A stretch of 64,000 nt of DNA, taken from positions 13,049-77,048 of the IMG/VR virus record IMGVR_UViG_3300044911_000835, one strand, 5' to 3'. This stretch comes from a virus. The notes below the pieces were generated by a model. That model saw only the letters and a program-made list of their open reading frames with translations. It was not told the DNA's origin and searched no databases. Of the stretch, positions 34,357 through 45,700 are shown one piece after another (position 1 is the first letter of the stretch; each line of letters begins with the position of its first letter). Position numbers and translations under genes: made by a program.

Positions 34357-35829
34357 TTATGGGCGATTAGCTTCGCAGATGATGCGACCTTTAACGTCGA
34401 TTTCGTCGCCAGTAACTAAAAGGGAGGCTCCTGTTTTTGTGGCCGAACAACCATAAAGCCTACCGAGGCTAAAATCGTTAGTAACTGCCGGCGCTGGGAA
34501 GTTTGTGAAGTTAAGCCAAGTATTTGTGACCGGCGTTCTGATAGCTACAGTGCCGGCAGTGCTATTCGCCGCTACCTCGTAGTAGTAAGCATCGCCGTTT
34601 GGCTTCACGCACTTGATGATGTTGCCCGCAACAAACAGGTCAACGGTAATTTCAGGACATGAGAACGTAGCGGTCGTGCCGGTTGTATTGGTATCAATTT
34701 CAGCACCACCCGCCAGCGCAATCTTTGCCGTATCAATAAACGCAGCCCGCTTACCGTCCTTATCCCAAAACTGATAAGTGAAAGTCCAGCCGGCTGTATT
34801 GGTCTGACGTATCGAGCCATAAAAGACTTCTGGGGTGATAGTCGTGTTTCCCTTGCCGTTCTGCAACTTATCACCCGTTGATGAATTGAGGCGAACCTCG
34901 TAAGGGTCGGACACATCGTAAACGGTGAAAGAATTGCTATATATCTTTCCGTCGTTATCGGTAATATCAACACGAATAACGCCCATATCAACAATGGCGG
35001 CCGGCGAGATTACCAAGGTATTAAACGCGTTGCCAGCTGTGCCAACTGGGATATTCTGATTCATATCCCCAGCAACTCCCAAGTGAATCGCTCCAGCCGC
35101 AGCCGTCCGCATTCCGTACTTCGTCGCCACACCACTAAGCGTAGAATTGATCTGATTGCCTGTCGCCGCCTCATACCAGCGATAGGTCACGTTGGTCGTA
35201 TCAATGCCGCCCGGCCGCAACAGATCGGCAGTAATGGCGGCATAGGTGATTTTCTGAGCACCAGTACCTGAGTCAACGCCAACCTCAATCAGGTCGTTTC
35301 CGCGAGTGTTGATATAGACAGCGTTCGTTCCGGTCTTTACCGTACTCAGCGTAATCTGTGCAATGGTGTGTGAAACCAAGCCTGTACTAGGGTCGGTATA
35401 GTCACCTTCGAAAAATACGCTGAATTGGGCAACAGAAGCTTTAAGATTTCCCTTGATGCGGATATAAGACTGCGTGCCGTCATTTACTATAGTGAACGGC
35501 GTCGTGACATCGACATCTGAGTCATTGACAAAAGAAGTGCTGGTAGTCCCATTCGCAAGTGCAGTCCCGCCAACAGTCAGGCAGAACTTCCTGTTAGAAA
35601 GAATGGGCGTAACGTCTTGATTGCCTGTTGGCGTTCCAACATATACCCGCCCACGCAACTCAATACCCGTACTTGTATTTGCCGTAAACCAACTTGGCGT
35701 ATAGCTTAGGCTTGATTCGTCCTTTGTATAGACCTGCTGCGTGCCAGGATTCGACGTGAGATAAGACGTAATCGGACGGGCATCGTTGGTATCGACAATC
35801 GTAATTTGACCAGTTGAAACGATAGGCAT
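34357..35829 (-). CDS. tail structural protein with Ig-like domains
   Basis: MPIVSTGQITIVD start; DVSDPYEV..SSTGD..NG.G.T. Confidence 0.6.
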   Translation of the reverse strand: MPIVSTGQITIVDTNDARPITSYLTSNPGTQQVYTKDESSLSYTPSWFTANTSTGIELRGRVYVGTPTGNQDVTPILSNRKFCLTVGGTALANGTTSTSFVNDSDVDVTTPFTIVNDGTQSYIRIKGNLKASVAQFSVFFEGDYTDPSTGLVSHTIAQITLSTVKTGTNAVYINTRGNDLIEVGVDSGTGAQKITYAAITADLLRPGGIDTTNVTYRWYEAATGNQINSTLSGVATKYGMRTAAAGAIHLGVAGDMNQNIPVGTAGNAFNTLVISPAAIVDMGVIRVDITDNDGKIYSNSFTVYDVSDPYEVRLNSSTGDKLQNGKGNTTITPEVFYGSIRQTNTAGWTFTYQFWDKDGKRAAFIDTAKIALAGGAEIDTNTTGTTATFSCPEITVDLFVAGNIIKCVKPNGDAYYYEVAANSTAGTVAIRTPVTNTWLNFTNFPAPAVTNDFSLGRLYGCSATKTGASLLVTGDEIDVKGRIICEANRP

Positions 35830-35846
35830 AATTTATTTCCTTTTAA

Positions 35847-38800
35847 TTAACTTGAAATTTCACAATGAAAGGTTGCGCGTGAATGCACGTCATCAACACT
35901 TACTAGAATTTGTTTATAACCAGCCCCGTATAGCGCATTCCAACTTGCGTCATCATAAGGCGCTCCTTGCGGAATGATCGAGGTTCGTGTCCATTTGAAT
36001 TTCGACGGGGTGATTTCATCAGTAACCTCAACACCATTTCGGAACACTCGGGCCTTTAATGTTGTCTGCTGACCTCCCCCTACTCGGAAAATAATGCCGT
36101 TGGAACTTTCTATGATTACATCGTAATCAATACCATCTTCACCTTTGACTGCTGCCAATACCCAATTTGCATTTGAGGTTACTGGATAAACAGGTGGCTC
36201 GATTGAGTTGGTTGCTACTATGCACGACCAGCCATAACCCTGATGGATTACGCTATCACCAACTACATAAGATATACCAGATGACCATACTCCTCTATAC
36301 ACATTTCTTGTAGCGTCTGCTGGAGGCCCACTTTGTACGTATGAGTAAGGAACGATAGAGCCCATGCCAACAGTTATTTGGCCACTAATAGTAGCATTAG
36401 TAAAGTAAGCATTACCTGCTTTATCAATACCCCAACCAGCGGTACCTTGAGTAGTTATTACATCATTGACAATATTACCATCAAAATTAGATGAAGTAAT
36501 ATAATTACCAATCTTAGCGTTAGTAATAGCTGCATCTACTATCTTAGCGTTAGTAATAGAGGCATCTACTATCTGAGCACTATTAATAGTAGCATTTAGA
36601 ATTGTAGCTCCATCAATATAAACACCTGGATATACTGTCGTTTGATCAACTGATGTACCTAAAGCAAATACTGAAATAGGTACTCTACTAGCTACTTGCC
36701 AGGTTACATTATTATCAAATACTAAATTACCTAGTACTTTTCCAGCTAAACTAATATTAGTACTAGAGTGACTGGTTCCTGCTCCTTTACAAACTAGCAT
36801 TAGATGTTTATAGGCTAAGTCAGATACTCTAACACATTTACCAACAGCGTAAGTGGTATTCCTAGCAATTAAATCTAAAGAACTATCTGGAGTAGTAACA
36901 GCGAATTCATTTGCAGACACAATAAATCTGGAAGTCGTGGCGTCATTATACAACCCATAACCAGCTACTTTACCCCCAGAATCTATTTTTACAGAATAGG
37001 TTCCAATTAGTCCATCTGTTACGCCATCTATACCAAATACAGCTTCATCTACACTATCTAATGTTTCATTTAGATCTGCGTGTAACTCTGAGGATGTAAT
37101 ACTACCTGCTATTAATCCTAATACTTCAGGGGTACCAATCCTAGTAGTTACCTTTAGACCTTTATCTTCACTAAAGGGGTAATAAATCGATGTATTACCT
37201 CTAGTATCCTTGACTCTTAACCAGTAATAAACTGTTTGTTCAGAACCTAGTTCAGTATGTGTATACGTTGATGTAGGATAAGCTAAGCTAATAAGTTTTG
37301 TAGCAGAGGTTCTATTATTGGTAGAAGCAGACCATATTTCAGTCTCTAAAGTACCAACCTTAGTTTCCTGAAATTCCCACCCCAAACTATTTTGGTTTAA
37401 CTCTCCACTACTTCTAACGTCTACTACAGGTAAGGGTGCTGTAATATGAATGTCTAGTATAGTAGGATTAGTATAATCTCCACTGTTAAATACAGCTATA
37501 ATCCAATAAGTATAAGTACCTACAGTATTCTCGGTAATAGCTTGACTTCTACTTGTAATACCACTATATACTACAGAACTAGTTTCATAACTAGCACCTT
37601 TACTAATAGTATACGTTACTAGCTCAATACTTGGGTAGGCATCCCATTCTAACAATAAGTCTGTAGGCCTTAGAGTACTTCTAAAGTTGGCTACCATCGA
37701 ACTACCAACAGCTTCAGGAGTATGATCAATAGTAAACCCGTAAGCAGTAGTACTAGGGCCTGCTTTACCAATTATATTAAATGGAGTTATTTTTATAGCA
37801 TATTCTTCATTAGCAGATAAGTCATAAAATGTATAATTAAGCTCAGCCTTCTTAGTATACACTTCTACCCAGTTACCTGAATTACGCTTAATTTCTAATG
37901 TGTAGCTAGATGCGTATAATGCTGCTGAAAAGCCCACGGTTAGACTAGTTCTGAGAATGTCAGAACTATCACGGTAGGTTCCACTTGAGGATACTATACT
38001 TTCGAGGCTAACTGCTTCAGGTAGAGCAGATAAAGTGGAGTAAGTCCTTTCTTCTAATTGGATATTATTTTCAATGAATGCAAACTTATCAGGGTTATGC
38101 AGCATTGCGGATATTTCATAAACTCCAATACTATCAGATTCTTTTAATGAAACTACTCTATATAGTTTTTCATTTAAACTAGTACTATAAATAGACCAAG
38201 TAGCTCCAACTAATAAGTTAGTTGGAACTCCAGATAGAGTTAAAGTTTCATAACTACCGGGAATATTGGTAATAGTAAATGTTTGAGTATAATACGAAGG
38301 ATTAGTACCAATCTGATCGGAGGCAGTAATTTCATCGGTTGGAGAATAGTTGGGGTTATGAGTGCTTAGTCTAACAGAATAGGTCTGTCCTGTCGCTAGT
38401 GTTACTTCCCTATCTAGAGATATAGTATTAGTAAGGGACGAAACTATTCTACCACTATATTCTACACCTACTAAAGCTTCATCAAATACTTTTATAATAG
38501 TACCTGGTGTGCAATATACAGAATCTAGTCCTGCGGAAAAACTAACAATATTAGATTCTACCCTTTCAGTATATAGTAGCCAGTTTCCTGCACGAACAGC
38601 CTGACCTCTAGAAGTACATCCAAAAGCAATTATCTCAGAAGGATTATAACCATAGCGCTCTATTCCTAATCTATCTTCTACATACTCAATCTTTTGTTGG
38701 TATAAAGCTTGAGGATCATTCCAGGTAACCAATGCAGCAGTATGTACAACTTTCTTTGAAGCACCCGAATACGTAAATGTACCTCCTACTACATTACTAT

Positions 38801-40004
38801 TAGTAAATTGTAGAGTAGGCGTACTACTAGAAGAGTCTTGTTCAGTATGTAAAGTGCCATTAGTCCAGTAAATCATTCCACGGAAGGCACTGGCAATGTC
38901 ATATAGGAGTTTAATAGCTTCTTGACGTTCTTGAATATAAGTATTTAGAGTAAAACGAGGTTCGAGTATATCTGTACCTTCAGTAGTCTTGAACCCTGTA
39001 GGTACTGACTGGTCACAATACTGTGCAATAGTATATAATGACCACTTATCTACTAAGTCTTCTGATATATATTCACCAAGTCCGTAGCGCTCATTAGTAA
39101 TAAGGTCGTAGTAACACCATGCAGGATTGTTAGTCCAAGCATAGTCAAACGTACCATCCCAAATACCAGTATATTCTCTAGTTTCTGGATTATAATTACT
39201 AGGAATTTTTACTTTTAGTAACTTTACGTGATAGCCGCGTTTAGGTATAGAGTTAAACTGAGAGGAAGCCATTCTCATAGCACATAGTGCTGAGTTGGGA
39301 TACCTCATCTTAGTATTTGATACCTTAGTAAAGCTAGAAAACTTTAATGTATTCTGGAGCTTTAATGTCGTAGAATCCTTAGTAAGTTTTGTTACTTTAA
39401 TGGCGAAGAATTCATTTGCCATCCCAGGGGTACGTGGCAACTCAATAAGATAACTAAGTTGATAATTAGATGTAGTTTTTCCAATAACTGTTCTCTTTAC
39501 AGCACTAATTGGAGAATTACCTAGACCATTCTTAATTATATCGATGTTAAATTGTACTTCTGAACCATTAGTATCACCATTATCTGCGTAGTGCACTAAG
39601 GCGGGAATATCTATAGTTACTCTTACAAAGTCTACATTTTCCTCGGCGGAAGTTACAACAGTTTCCGTTACTGGGGAAGAAAACTTTACTTCTCTTCCAA
39701 CAGGAATTTCAGCCTGAGGGACTTCAAAACCTGGAATATACTCCTGATCTTGAGTACCTGTTCTAAAATAGTACTGGAAGCCACTTTCTTCATAGTTAAA
39801 GGTACCATCAGAATTTTGGATAGGGGTATCATTAATGTAGATAGATTTTATACCGTCTACTAAACCAACTATCTCACCTTCACACAATAGATCAACTACT
39901 TCCGCAAAGGATTGAGATTTAAGAGTATCTGGGCTCTCTACTGGAGTATGACTACCTCCTCCTTTACCTCCTCCACCACTACCAATAATTAAATTTGTAT
40001 TCAT
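35847..40004 (-). CDS. central tail fibre / tip attachment protein (lambda J-like)
   Basis: GGGGKGGG, DLLCEGEIVGL, WTNNPAW, FGCTSRGQA.RAG; FN3 region. Confidence 0.9.
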   Translation of the reverse strand: MNTNLIIGSGGGGKGGGSHTPVESPDTLKSQSFAEVVDLLCEGEIVGLVDGIKSIYINDTPIQNSDGTFNYEESGFQYYFRTGTQDQEYIPGFEVPQAEIPVGREVKFSSPVTETVVTSAEENVDFVRVTIDIPALVHYADNGDTNGSEVQFNIDIIKNGLGNSPISAVKRTVIGKTTSNYQLSYLIELPRTPGMANEFFAIKVTKLTKDSTTLKLQNTLKFSSFTKVSNTKMRYPNSALCAMRMASSQFNSIPKRGYHVKLLKVKIPSNYNPETREYTGIWDGTFDYAWTNNPAWCYYDLITNERYGLGEYISEDLVDKWSLYTIAQYCDQSVPTGFKTTEGTDILEPRFTLNTYIQERQEAIKLLYDIASAFRGMIYWTNGTLHTEQDSSSSTPTLQFTNSNVVGGTFTYSGASKKVVHTAALVTWNDPQALYQQKIEYVEDRLGIERYGYNPSEIIAFGCTSRGQAVRAGNWLLYTERVESNIVSFSAGLDSVYCTPGTIIKVFDEALVGVEYSGRIVSSLTNTISLDREVTLATGQTYSVRLSTHNPNYSPTDEITASDQIGTNPSYYTQTFTITNIPGSYETLTLSGVPTNLLVGATWSIYSTSLNEKLYRVVSLKESDSIGVYEISAMLHNPDKFAFIENNIQLEERTYSTLSALPEAVSLESIVSSSGTYRDSSDILRTSLTVGFSAALYASSYTLEIKRNSGNWVEVYTKKAELNYTFYDLSANEEYAIKITPFNIIGKAGPSTTAYGFTIDHTPEAVGSSMVANFRSTLRPTDLLLEWDAYPSIELVTYTISKGASYETSSVVYSGITSRSQAITENTVGTYTYWIIAVFNSGDYTNPTILDIHITAPLPVVDVRSSGELNQNSLGWEFQETKVGTLETEIWSASTNNRTSATKLISLAYPTSTYTHTELGSEQTVYYWLRVKDTRGNTSIYYPFSEDKGLKVTTRIGTPEVLGLIAGSITSSELHADLNETLDSVDEAVFGIDGVTDGLIGTYSVKIDSGGKVAGYGLYNDATTSRFIVSANEFAVTTPDSSLDLIARNTTYAVGKCVRVSDLAYKHLMLVCKGAGTSHSSTNISLAGKVLGNLVFDNNVTWQVASRVPISVFALGTSVDQTTVYPGVYIDGATILNATINSAQIVDASITNAKIVDAAITNAKIGNYITSSNFDGNIVNDVITTQGTAGWGIDKAGNAYFTNATISGQITVGMGSIVPYSYVQSGPPADATRNVYRGVWSSGISYVVGDSVIHQGYGWSCIVATNSIEPPVYPVTSNANWVLAAVKGEDGIDYDVIIESSNGIIFRVGGGQQTTLKARVFRNGVEVTDEITPSKFKWTRTSIIPQGAPYDDASWNALYGAGYKQILVSVDDVHSRATFHCEISS

Positions 40005-40984
40005 TAGGAACCCCAGCCTTCTGGTATAACATCTGAACCTGTTGCGCTACCATAAGTAGCATTAAAACCTTTATTAATCCTACCAATAGCGAATTGCACT
40101 CGTGGTGATTTAAACCTACCTGTATATTCACTATAGGTGTACACTCTTGTGCTAGTAGACTCGGGATACTCTACATAGTTTCCAAACTCATCGAAATCAT
40201 AGTACGCTGGGACTAATGTAACTTGATTCCAAGTATACTCACCTAAATTTGTATTATATTTTATGTTCAGACTATTACTCTGATAAGTAGTACCAGAAAT
40301 AAGTGTCCAGCCAACAGTACCAGAGGCTGGAAAGCTCCACTCGTATTTTTTAGTTCCCGCCCCACTATCTACACTAAATGTAGCGCTTACAATAGCGGAA
40401 CCAATAATAAGCTCCCCATAACCAATTGGTACTGGTAGCCCTTGTGCTACAGTATTTACAGCACCGCTAAAATAAGTATTTGGAGTATTTTCTGTAGATT
40501 TTTGGGCTTTAGGCTTTGGTGGAGCAAATAGAACAGCAGAAATACCTGCCATTACTAAACCTACACCAATTTGACCAAGAGAGGCAGCCACACTAGCAGA
40601 TATGGCTCCAGTACTTCCTAGCCAGAAAGAGCCTGCAGTGGTGCCCGCGAAAGTAGAGGACCCGAGAACTGCACCTGATGCAGCACCTGCTGTCATATAG
40701 ATTAGGAAAGCCCCCGCAATTATCATACCTAGTTTACCAGAACCAGCAACTACAGGTATTAGATGAATATCTTTATTACCGATTGGTTCCTCAAGAGTAT
40801 CTTCTTCACGAAGAATATCTCCAACCTTAATATGAAAGCCAGGTTTATGCTCTAGCATATAATTGGCAAAATTAGGGAAGTTAGCTGATAGTGCACGTAT
40901 AGTTTCACGAATAGACTTAACTTCAAGGCCTATCTTATCCGTGAATAGCTCTGCTAGATCACCATATAGGTATACTGTTCTCAT
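40004..40984 (-). CDS. tail assembly protein (lambda I-like, C-terminally extended)
   Basis: VYLYGDL, IPVVAGSG, NTVAQG.PVPIGYG. Confidence 0.85.
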   Translation of the reverse strand: MRTVYLYGDLAELFTDKIGLEVKSIRETIRALSANFPNFANYMLEHKPGFHIKVGDILREEDTLEEPIGNKDIHLIPVVAGSGKLGMIIAGAFLIYMTAGAASGAVLGSSTFAGTTAGSFWLGSTGAISASVAASLGQIGVGLVMAGISAVLFAPPKPKAQKSTENTPNTYFSGAVNTVAQGLPVPIGYGELIIGSAIVSATFSVDSGAGTKKYEWSFPASGTVGWTLISGTTYQSNSLNIKYNTNLGEYTWNQVTLVPAYYDFDEFGNYVEYPESTSTRVYTYSEYTGRFKSPRVQFAIGRINKGFNATYGSATGSDVIPEGWGS

Positions 40985-41694
40985 TTTAACTCTCTATGCC
41001 TATATAAGGCCACTGTACATTTATTCCAGTAGCCTCCATATATTTCTTGTGAAGAAATTCTATTGGCTGTATGGTGTAAAAATGTACCATTATCATACAT
41101 TATACCTGAATGGTTAGGTATTTTAGTTCGACCAGCTTTAAATAATAATACATCATACTTATTTAGTGTTTTATCTACTACTTTTTCAAAGCCGTTATCA
41201 TCTGCATACTTTTCAAATAAATTTTCTTCATATTTGAACCAGTCCTGCTCTGTAACTTTTGGCCTACCAACTTTAATACCTTTCTCTTCTAGTAGTACAT
41301 CTCCTACTAAGCCCCAGCAGTCTAGGGTACCGAAATAATAGGGTCTACCTAGAAAGGGGAATTTATAATCAGTAGGTGCATTTATACTACTAGTTTTGTC
41401 AACTAATGAATATATAAACCAAGGTACTTTACTCTTATTACATCCATAGATATCTGCTGGCGTAGGCTTAGAGGATCCAGTTAAATGACTATGACAAATA
41501 AACTGTATAGCACCCTGTTTAGAAGCCTTTAAATATTCTATAGGATCAATTATAAAAGTATCCTTATCAATTGCTATATTAGTGCAAGGTATAAAAGAAT
41601 TATTTACAATTACTCCACAGGCTTCTTTTAGTATATTAGCTTCAGCGTACTCTATAAAATTAGCTAAATAATCCTGCACCTGGAAAGGCTCCAT
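40981..41694 (-). CDS. tail assembly protein (lambda K-like, JAB + NlpC/P60)
   Basis: EACG, HSH...D; GTLDCWGLV, NHSGI, FLHH. Confidence 0.88.
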   Translation of the reverse strand: MEPFQVQDYLANFIEYAEANILKEACGVIVNNSFIPCTNIAIDKDTFIIDPIEYLKASKQGAIQFICHSHLTGSSKPTPADIYGCNKSKVPWFIYSLVDKTSSINAPTDYKFPFLGRPYYFGTLDCWGLVGDVLLEEKGIKVGRPKVTEQDWFKYEENLFEKYADDNGFEKVVDKTLNKYDVLLFKAGRTKIPNHSGIMYDNGTFLHHTANRISSQEIYGGYWNKCTVALYRHRELK

Positions 41695-42367
41695 AATTTA
41701 ATACTGAACTTGCGCCAAATCTTAGTTTGCAGTCTGATAGTTTCTTACCACAAACGTCTAATAGGGGGTCTGTTGTTGGTGTACCTACACTAGTAAACAT
41801 TCTGTTCTCGTGTGCTGAAGGTAGATAGTTACAATTAGCGTCTTTATACCTCCACTGACAAATATTTTGAATAATTAGTCTACGAGGTAATTTAACGGAA
41901 CTAACATCAAGAGCAGATACTAAGTCATAAACTACAGTAGTATTAGTTTCTACTACCTTACGATCAATAAAGTACACTTCTTTAGGAAACTGAGCCTCAG
42001 GGTCAGCTTCTAGGTTACCTTCTTCAAAGTTTACTGCATCTATGTATTTTAACATAGTGCGAATTCGAGTAACTTTTAATCCTAATAAGTCTTGATATAA
42101 TCTATTATACTCACTTATCAATCCACCTAAGTTAGCTATTGTTAGTTTAGGGGTTGCTAGTTGACCAGCACCATCCCACTCAAAACCTTTCATCTCAAAT
42201 GGGTAGGCAATATAGGTTTCAGAATCAAAAACTAAACTATTACCCAACTCATTAGTGTCCGAGAAAAAGTTTAACACCTCAGAACCTCCTACGGTAGACA
42301 AGTCCGCACTAAATAAATCTATAATCTTACTAGGAGAGGATTTTCTTAATTCTGTTAATATACTCAT
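41660..42367 (-). CDS. minor tail protein (lambda L-like)
   Basis: CQWRY...C, DVCGK.LSDCKLRFG, YGAFPG. Confidence 0.9.
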   Translation of the reverse strand: MSILTELRKSSPSKIIDLFSADLSTVGGSEVLNFFSDTNELGNSLVFDSETYIAYPFEMKGFEWDGAGQLATPKLTIANLGGLISEYNRLYQDLLGLKVTRIRTMLKYIDAVNFEEGNLEADPEAQFPKEVYFIDRKVVETNTTVVYDLVSALDVSSVKLPRRLIIQNICQWRYKDANCNYLPSAHENRMFTSVGTPTTDPLLDVCGKKLSDCKLRFGASSVLNYGAFPGAGLFS

Positions 42368-42708
42368 GTTAAATCGTAAACCCTTTTGAATGTAGCATTT
42401 ATACTTCTACTTATATGAGAAGGGTACTCTGTAGACCAGTCTTCACAAATAACTTTGAAAAATTCAGCTTCACCTGGTGGCTTAAATAAAAAGTATTCAA
42501 TACCACCTTTAGAAGCTAAAAAATCAAGTATATTATTTGCAGTAGATAGTGGTTGGTTAGTAAATTGTAGATCCCAAGAATCGTCTAAGTTATTTATTCC
42601 ATAGGCAACTCTTTGAGAGTACCCACTACCAAACTTAACAGTATTGACAGTGGGCTTACTAGTTCTGGAGAACCCCCTAGAGGGTACGTAGGTAAAGATA
42701 TCAGCCAT
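42364..42708 (-). CDS. distal tail protein (lambda M-like)
   Basis: FGSGYSQR...GIN; FLF.PP. Confidence 0.85.
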   Translation of the reverse strand: MADIFTYVPSRGFSRTSKPTVNTVKFGSGYSQRVAYGINNLDDSWDLQFTNQPLSTANNILDFLASKGGIEYFLFKPPGEAEFFKVICEDWSTEYPSHISRSINATFKRVYDLT

Positions 42709-45700
42709 GTAACATTCCTCTAGGTTTCATCTGTTTCATAAGTTCTTCTTGGATAGTAGCTTTAATTGAAACGCTTAAAGCTTTACTTAGGTTAGTAGCT
42801 TGATCAGCAGAAATAGATGTATCTACACTACCACTATTAGTTACTGTTACTGTAATATTAGTATCCCCAAAAGTAGCTCCACCACTACCTCCTTTTAGGG
42901 TAACAGGAATGCTACGATTATCTGGTAGTGGTACATATGCTTCATTTTTACTACCTTCCCCAAATAGTGCCATCTGTGGTGATGTAGCTATACCACCTCT
43001 AGCATATTTATGGAGGGGCATGTCACCTAATGGACCTACAATACCACCTTTCGCTTTTGCAAAAATACTAGTTAATCCACCAGTTATACCACCACTAATA
43101 ACACTAGTTGCTACTCCCATTAGTATTCCACCGAGAGCCCCTTTAGCACTACCTCCAGTAGCAAGTGCACCAACTAAAGCACCTACTGCTCCATGCATAA
43201 CAGTAGTAGCCATGTTAAACTTATCAGCAGCTACGTCTATTTTTGTTCCACCCTTTTCAATATTAGTAGTAGCTGTCTTACTCAGAATAGGTGTACTACT
43301 ATCTTGCATAGCTGGTGGTTGTATAACATCTGGTACTGGTATACTACTTGGGTTAATCTTTTGTGCTATCTCGTTAAGAAGTCTATTAGTTTCTTTAGCG
43401 GAAGATGCTGTAGAACTAACTGCCTGTACTAAAGGATCGTAAGTTCCAGCTGATGCGCTAGTAGCGCCAATACTAGATACACCATCTAGTTGCCTAGACA
43501 TAATAGATGCACTAGTTGGATATGGATATGGGGATGTTCTAACTCCAGTATCATTAGCTTTATTAGCTTTCTCCCAATCAAGGTTATACTGTTTATCCAA
43601 ATCTATGCCTTGTTGAGCTATAGGATCTATCTTACCTGGTACTAATGCCTGTAGTAAAGCCCTCATATCCTGTTGAATTAACTTTAGTTGATCAAGAGAA
43701 CTATTAGCAGTAATCTGTAGTGCACTAGCCGCTTTTTCTTGGTTAGTACGAGTATCATACCCAAAATTTGCTGCTAGTAACTTGATTCCACTCTTCATAG
43801 CATTTTTAAATGCGTCTGAGGCCATATCCCTAAACATGTCGCTTAAAGTATTTCTGACCATATCACTAAAAGCTTTGAAAGTTAATTTTGTCTCATCCAT
43901 TTTCTGTATCATAGTAGTAAAACTATCTACTATTATATCTGCAGAATCTACAATTCCAGTAGCCAGTTGAGACATAACAGACTTAGATTTACCTGTAGTT
44001 TCCTCTATTCTATCCATGGCTATAGTTATAGCCTCTTGTAGTCCTTCAGTACCAAAAATATCTGAAGCTCTACCAGACTGCTCTCTTATTTTTAAGCTGA
44101 GCTCAGTTTCCTTTTTAAATAGATCAGTTAATTTTTGATGAGTATCTAATTTAAAAGCTAAGTGTTGCTGTTGTAAGTCTACTATCTTCTGTTCTGCTTC
44201 TCTATCTCCAACTTTAGATTTTTCAATAGCTATTTGAGCTTCAAGTATTCTCTCTTGTATTGAATATTGTTCTAGTAGTGTTTGAGTACTTACTGTATTA
44301 AACTCAGCAATTTTACTATAGTTAGTAGATACACTAAGTAAATAATCAGAGTAGGAAGAGGCTAGGTCTACTTGTTCACTTAAATTATCAGAAAGTTTTT
44401 CAGTTATTTCTAGGTTAGTTTTTCTAATTCTTAAATTTTCTTCGTCTTGTATAACCTTGGGTAGGTCACGTAGTGGTTCACCTTTTTTGAAAGCTTCATC
44501 CCTAGCCCTAGCTTTACCAACTACAGCTTCTCCTATAGATACATTAGTAGGATCTTTTATTAATTGTTCTACAAGAGTATTATACTCCCCTATCTTTATT
44601 GCTAAATCTTTCTCATATTGTAATATATCAGCTTTTGCTTTAATAAGATTAATTTCACTATCTACTCTAGCAGATAAGTAAGATGAATCTAGTAATGCAA
44701 TACTTTGTGATTTTTTCTCTAGATTATTGAGCTCTTCGAATAGTTTATCTTCTTCAGGTTTAAATTTCTTATCAGCTTCAGCATCAGTTTCCTTAAATTC
44801 TGCTCTAGCCTCGGATTCTCTAGCTTTGCCTAGGGAGGCTCTGATTGAGTCTATTTTTAGAGTTGCAATTACACTAGCAGCCCCTAAGGACTCTAAACTA
44901 TTAACTAAGGATAGAATTTGAGATGCTATAGACCCATCAAGTTCTTTTACTGATAAAGCTTGGATAGCTTGATCTTTTACAGATCCTGTACCTAGAGGAC
45001 TAGGATTATTGCTTTTGCTATTCTTAAATAGTTCTTTTGAGGCTAAAGATAGAGCAGTTCTTAATTGTTGCTCTGTATTTGATTTTTGAGCATCTATAGC
45101 TGCTGCATTAGTTTTTTCTGCTTTTATTTGAATATTTGCTATTTTTTCTTCAGTTTTACGTGCTTCTCTAATAGCTCTAGCTTCTCCTTCTTTTGAAAAA
45201 CTACCATAAAATTGAGTTTCTTTAAGCTTAGCGGATAGACTAGTTTGTGCCAAGGATGCGCGTCCGGCTGCAGTAGCTAAGTCTGCTAAACTTTTTGAAG
45301 CTTTTAATGAATATCCGATATAGTCCTGTTGTACTTTTTCAATTCCACCGTATGAGCCTAGTAGTGAACTAGTACCTTGACTAAGAGATTTTGCTCTATC
45401 ATCCTCTGCTTTTTTCTGAAGATCTTTATCAGACCCAGCCAATTCCATAGCTGTTTTATAGTTATTATTTACATCTTCTTGTAATCTATTTAGCCTAGTA
45501 CGTAATAATTCTAGATCCGCTGGTAGACTTATACCAGACATTTCTTCAAATTGATCTGTAATGCCAGATAAAAATTCTTGAATATTAGCACCAGATTTAG
45601 TAAGATCAGTTTTATCTAGAAGTTTGATAGCTTGGGCGCTAGAAGAACTAAAAGCATTTAGAGCTTTTAGTTCTTTTGACTGATTAGTAATGGAAATAAT

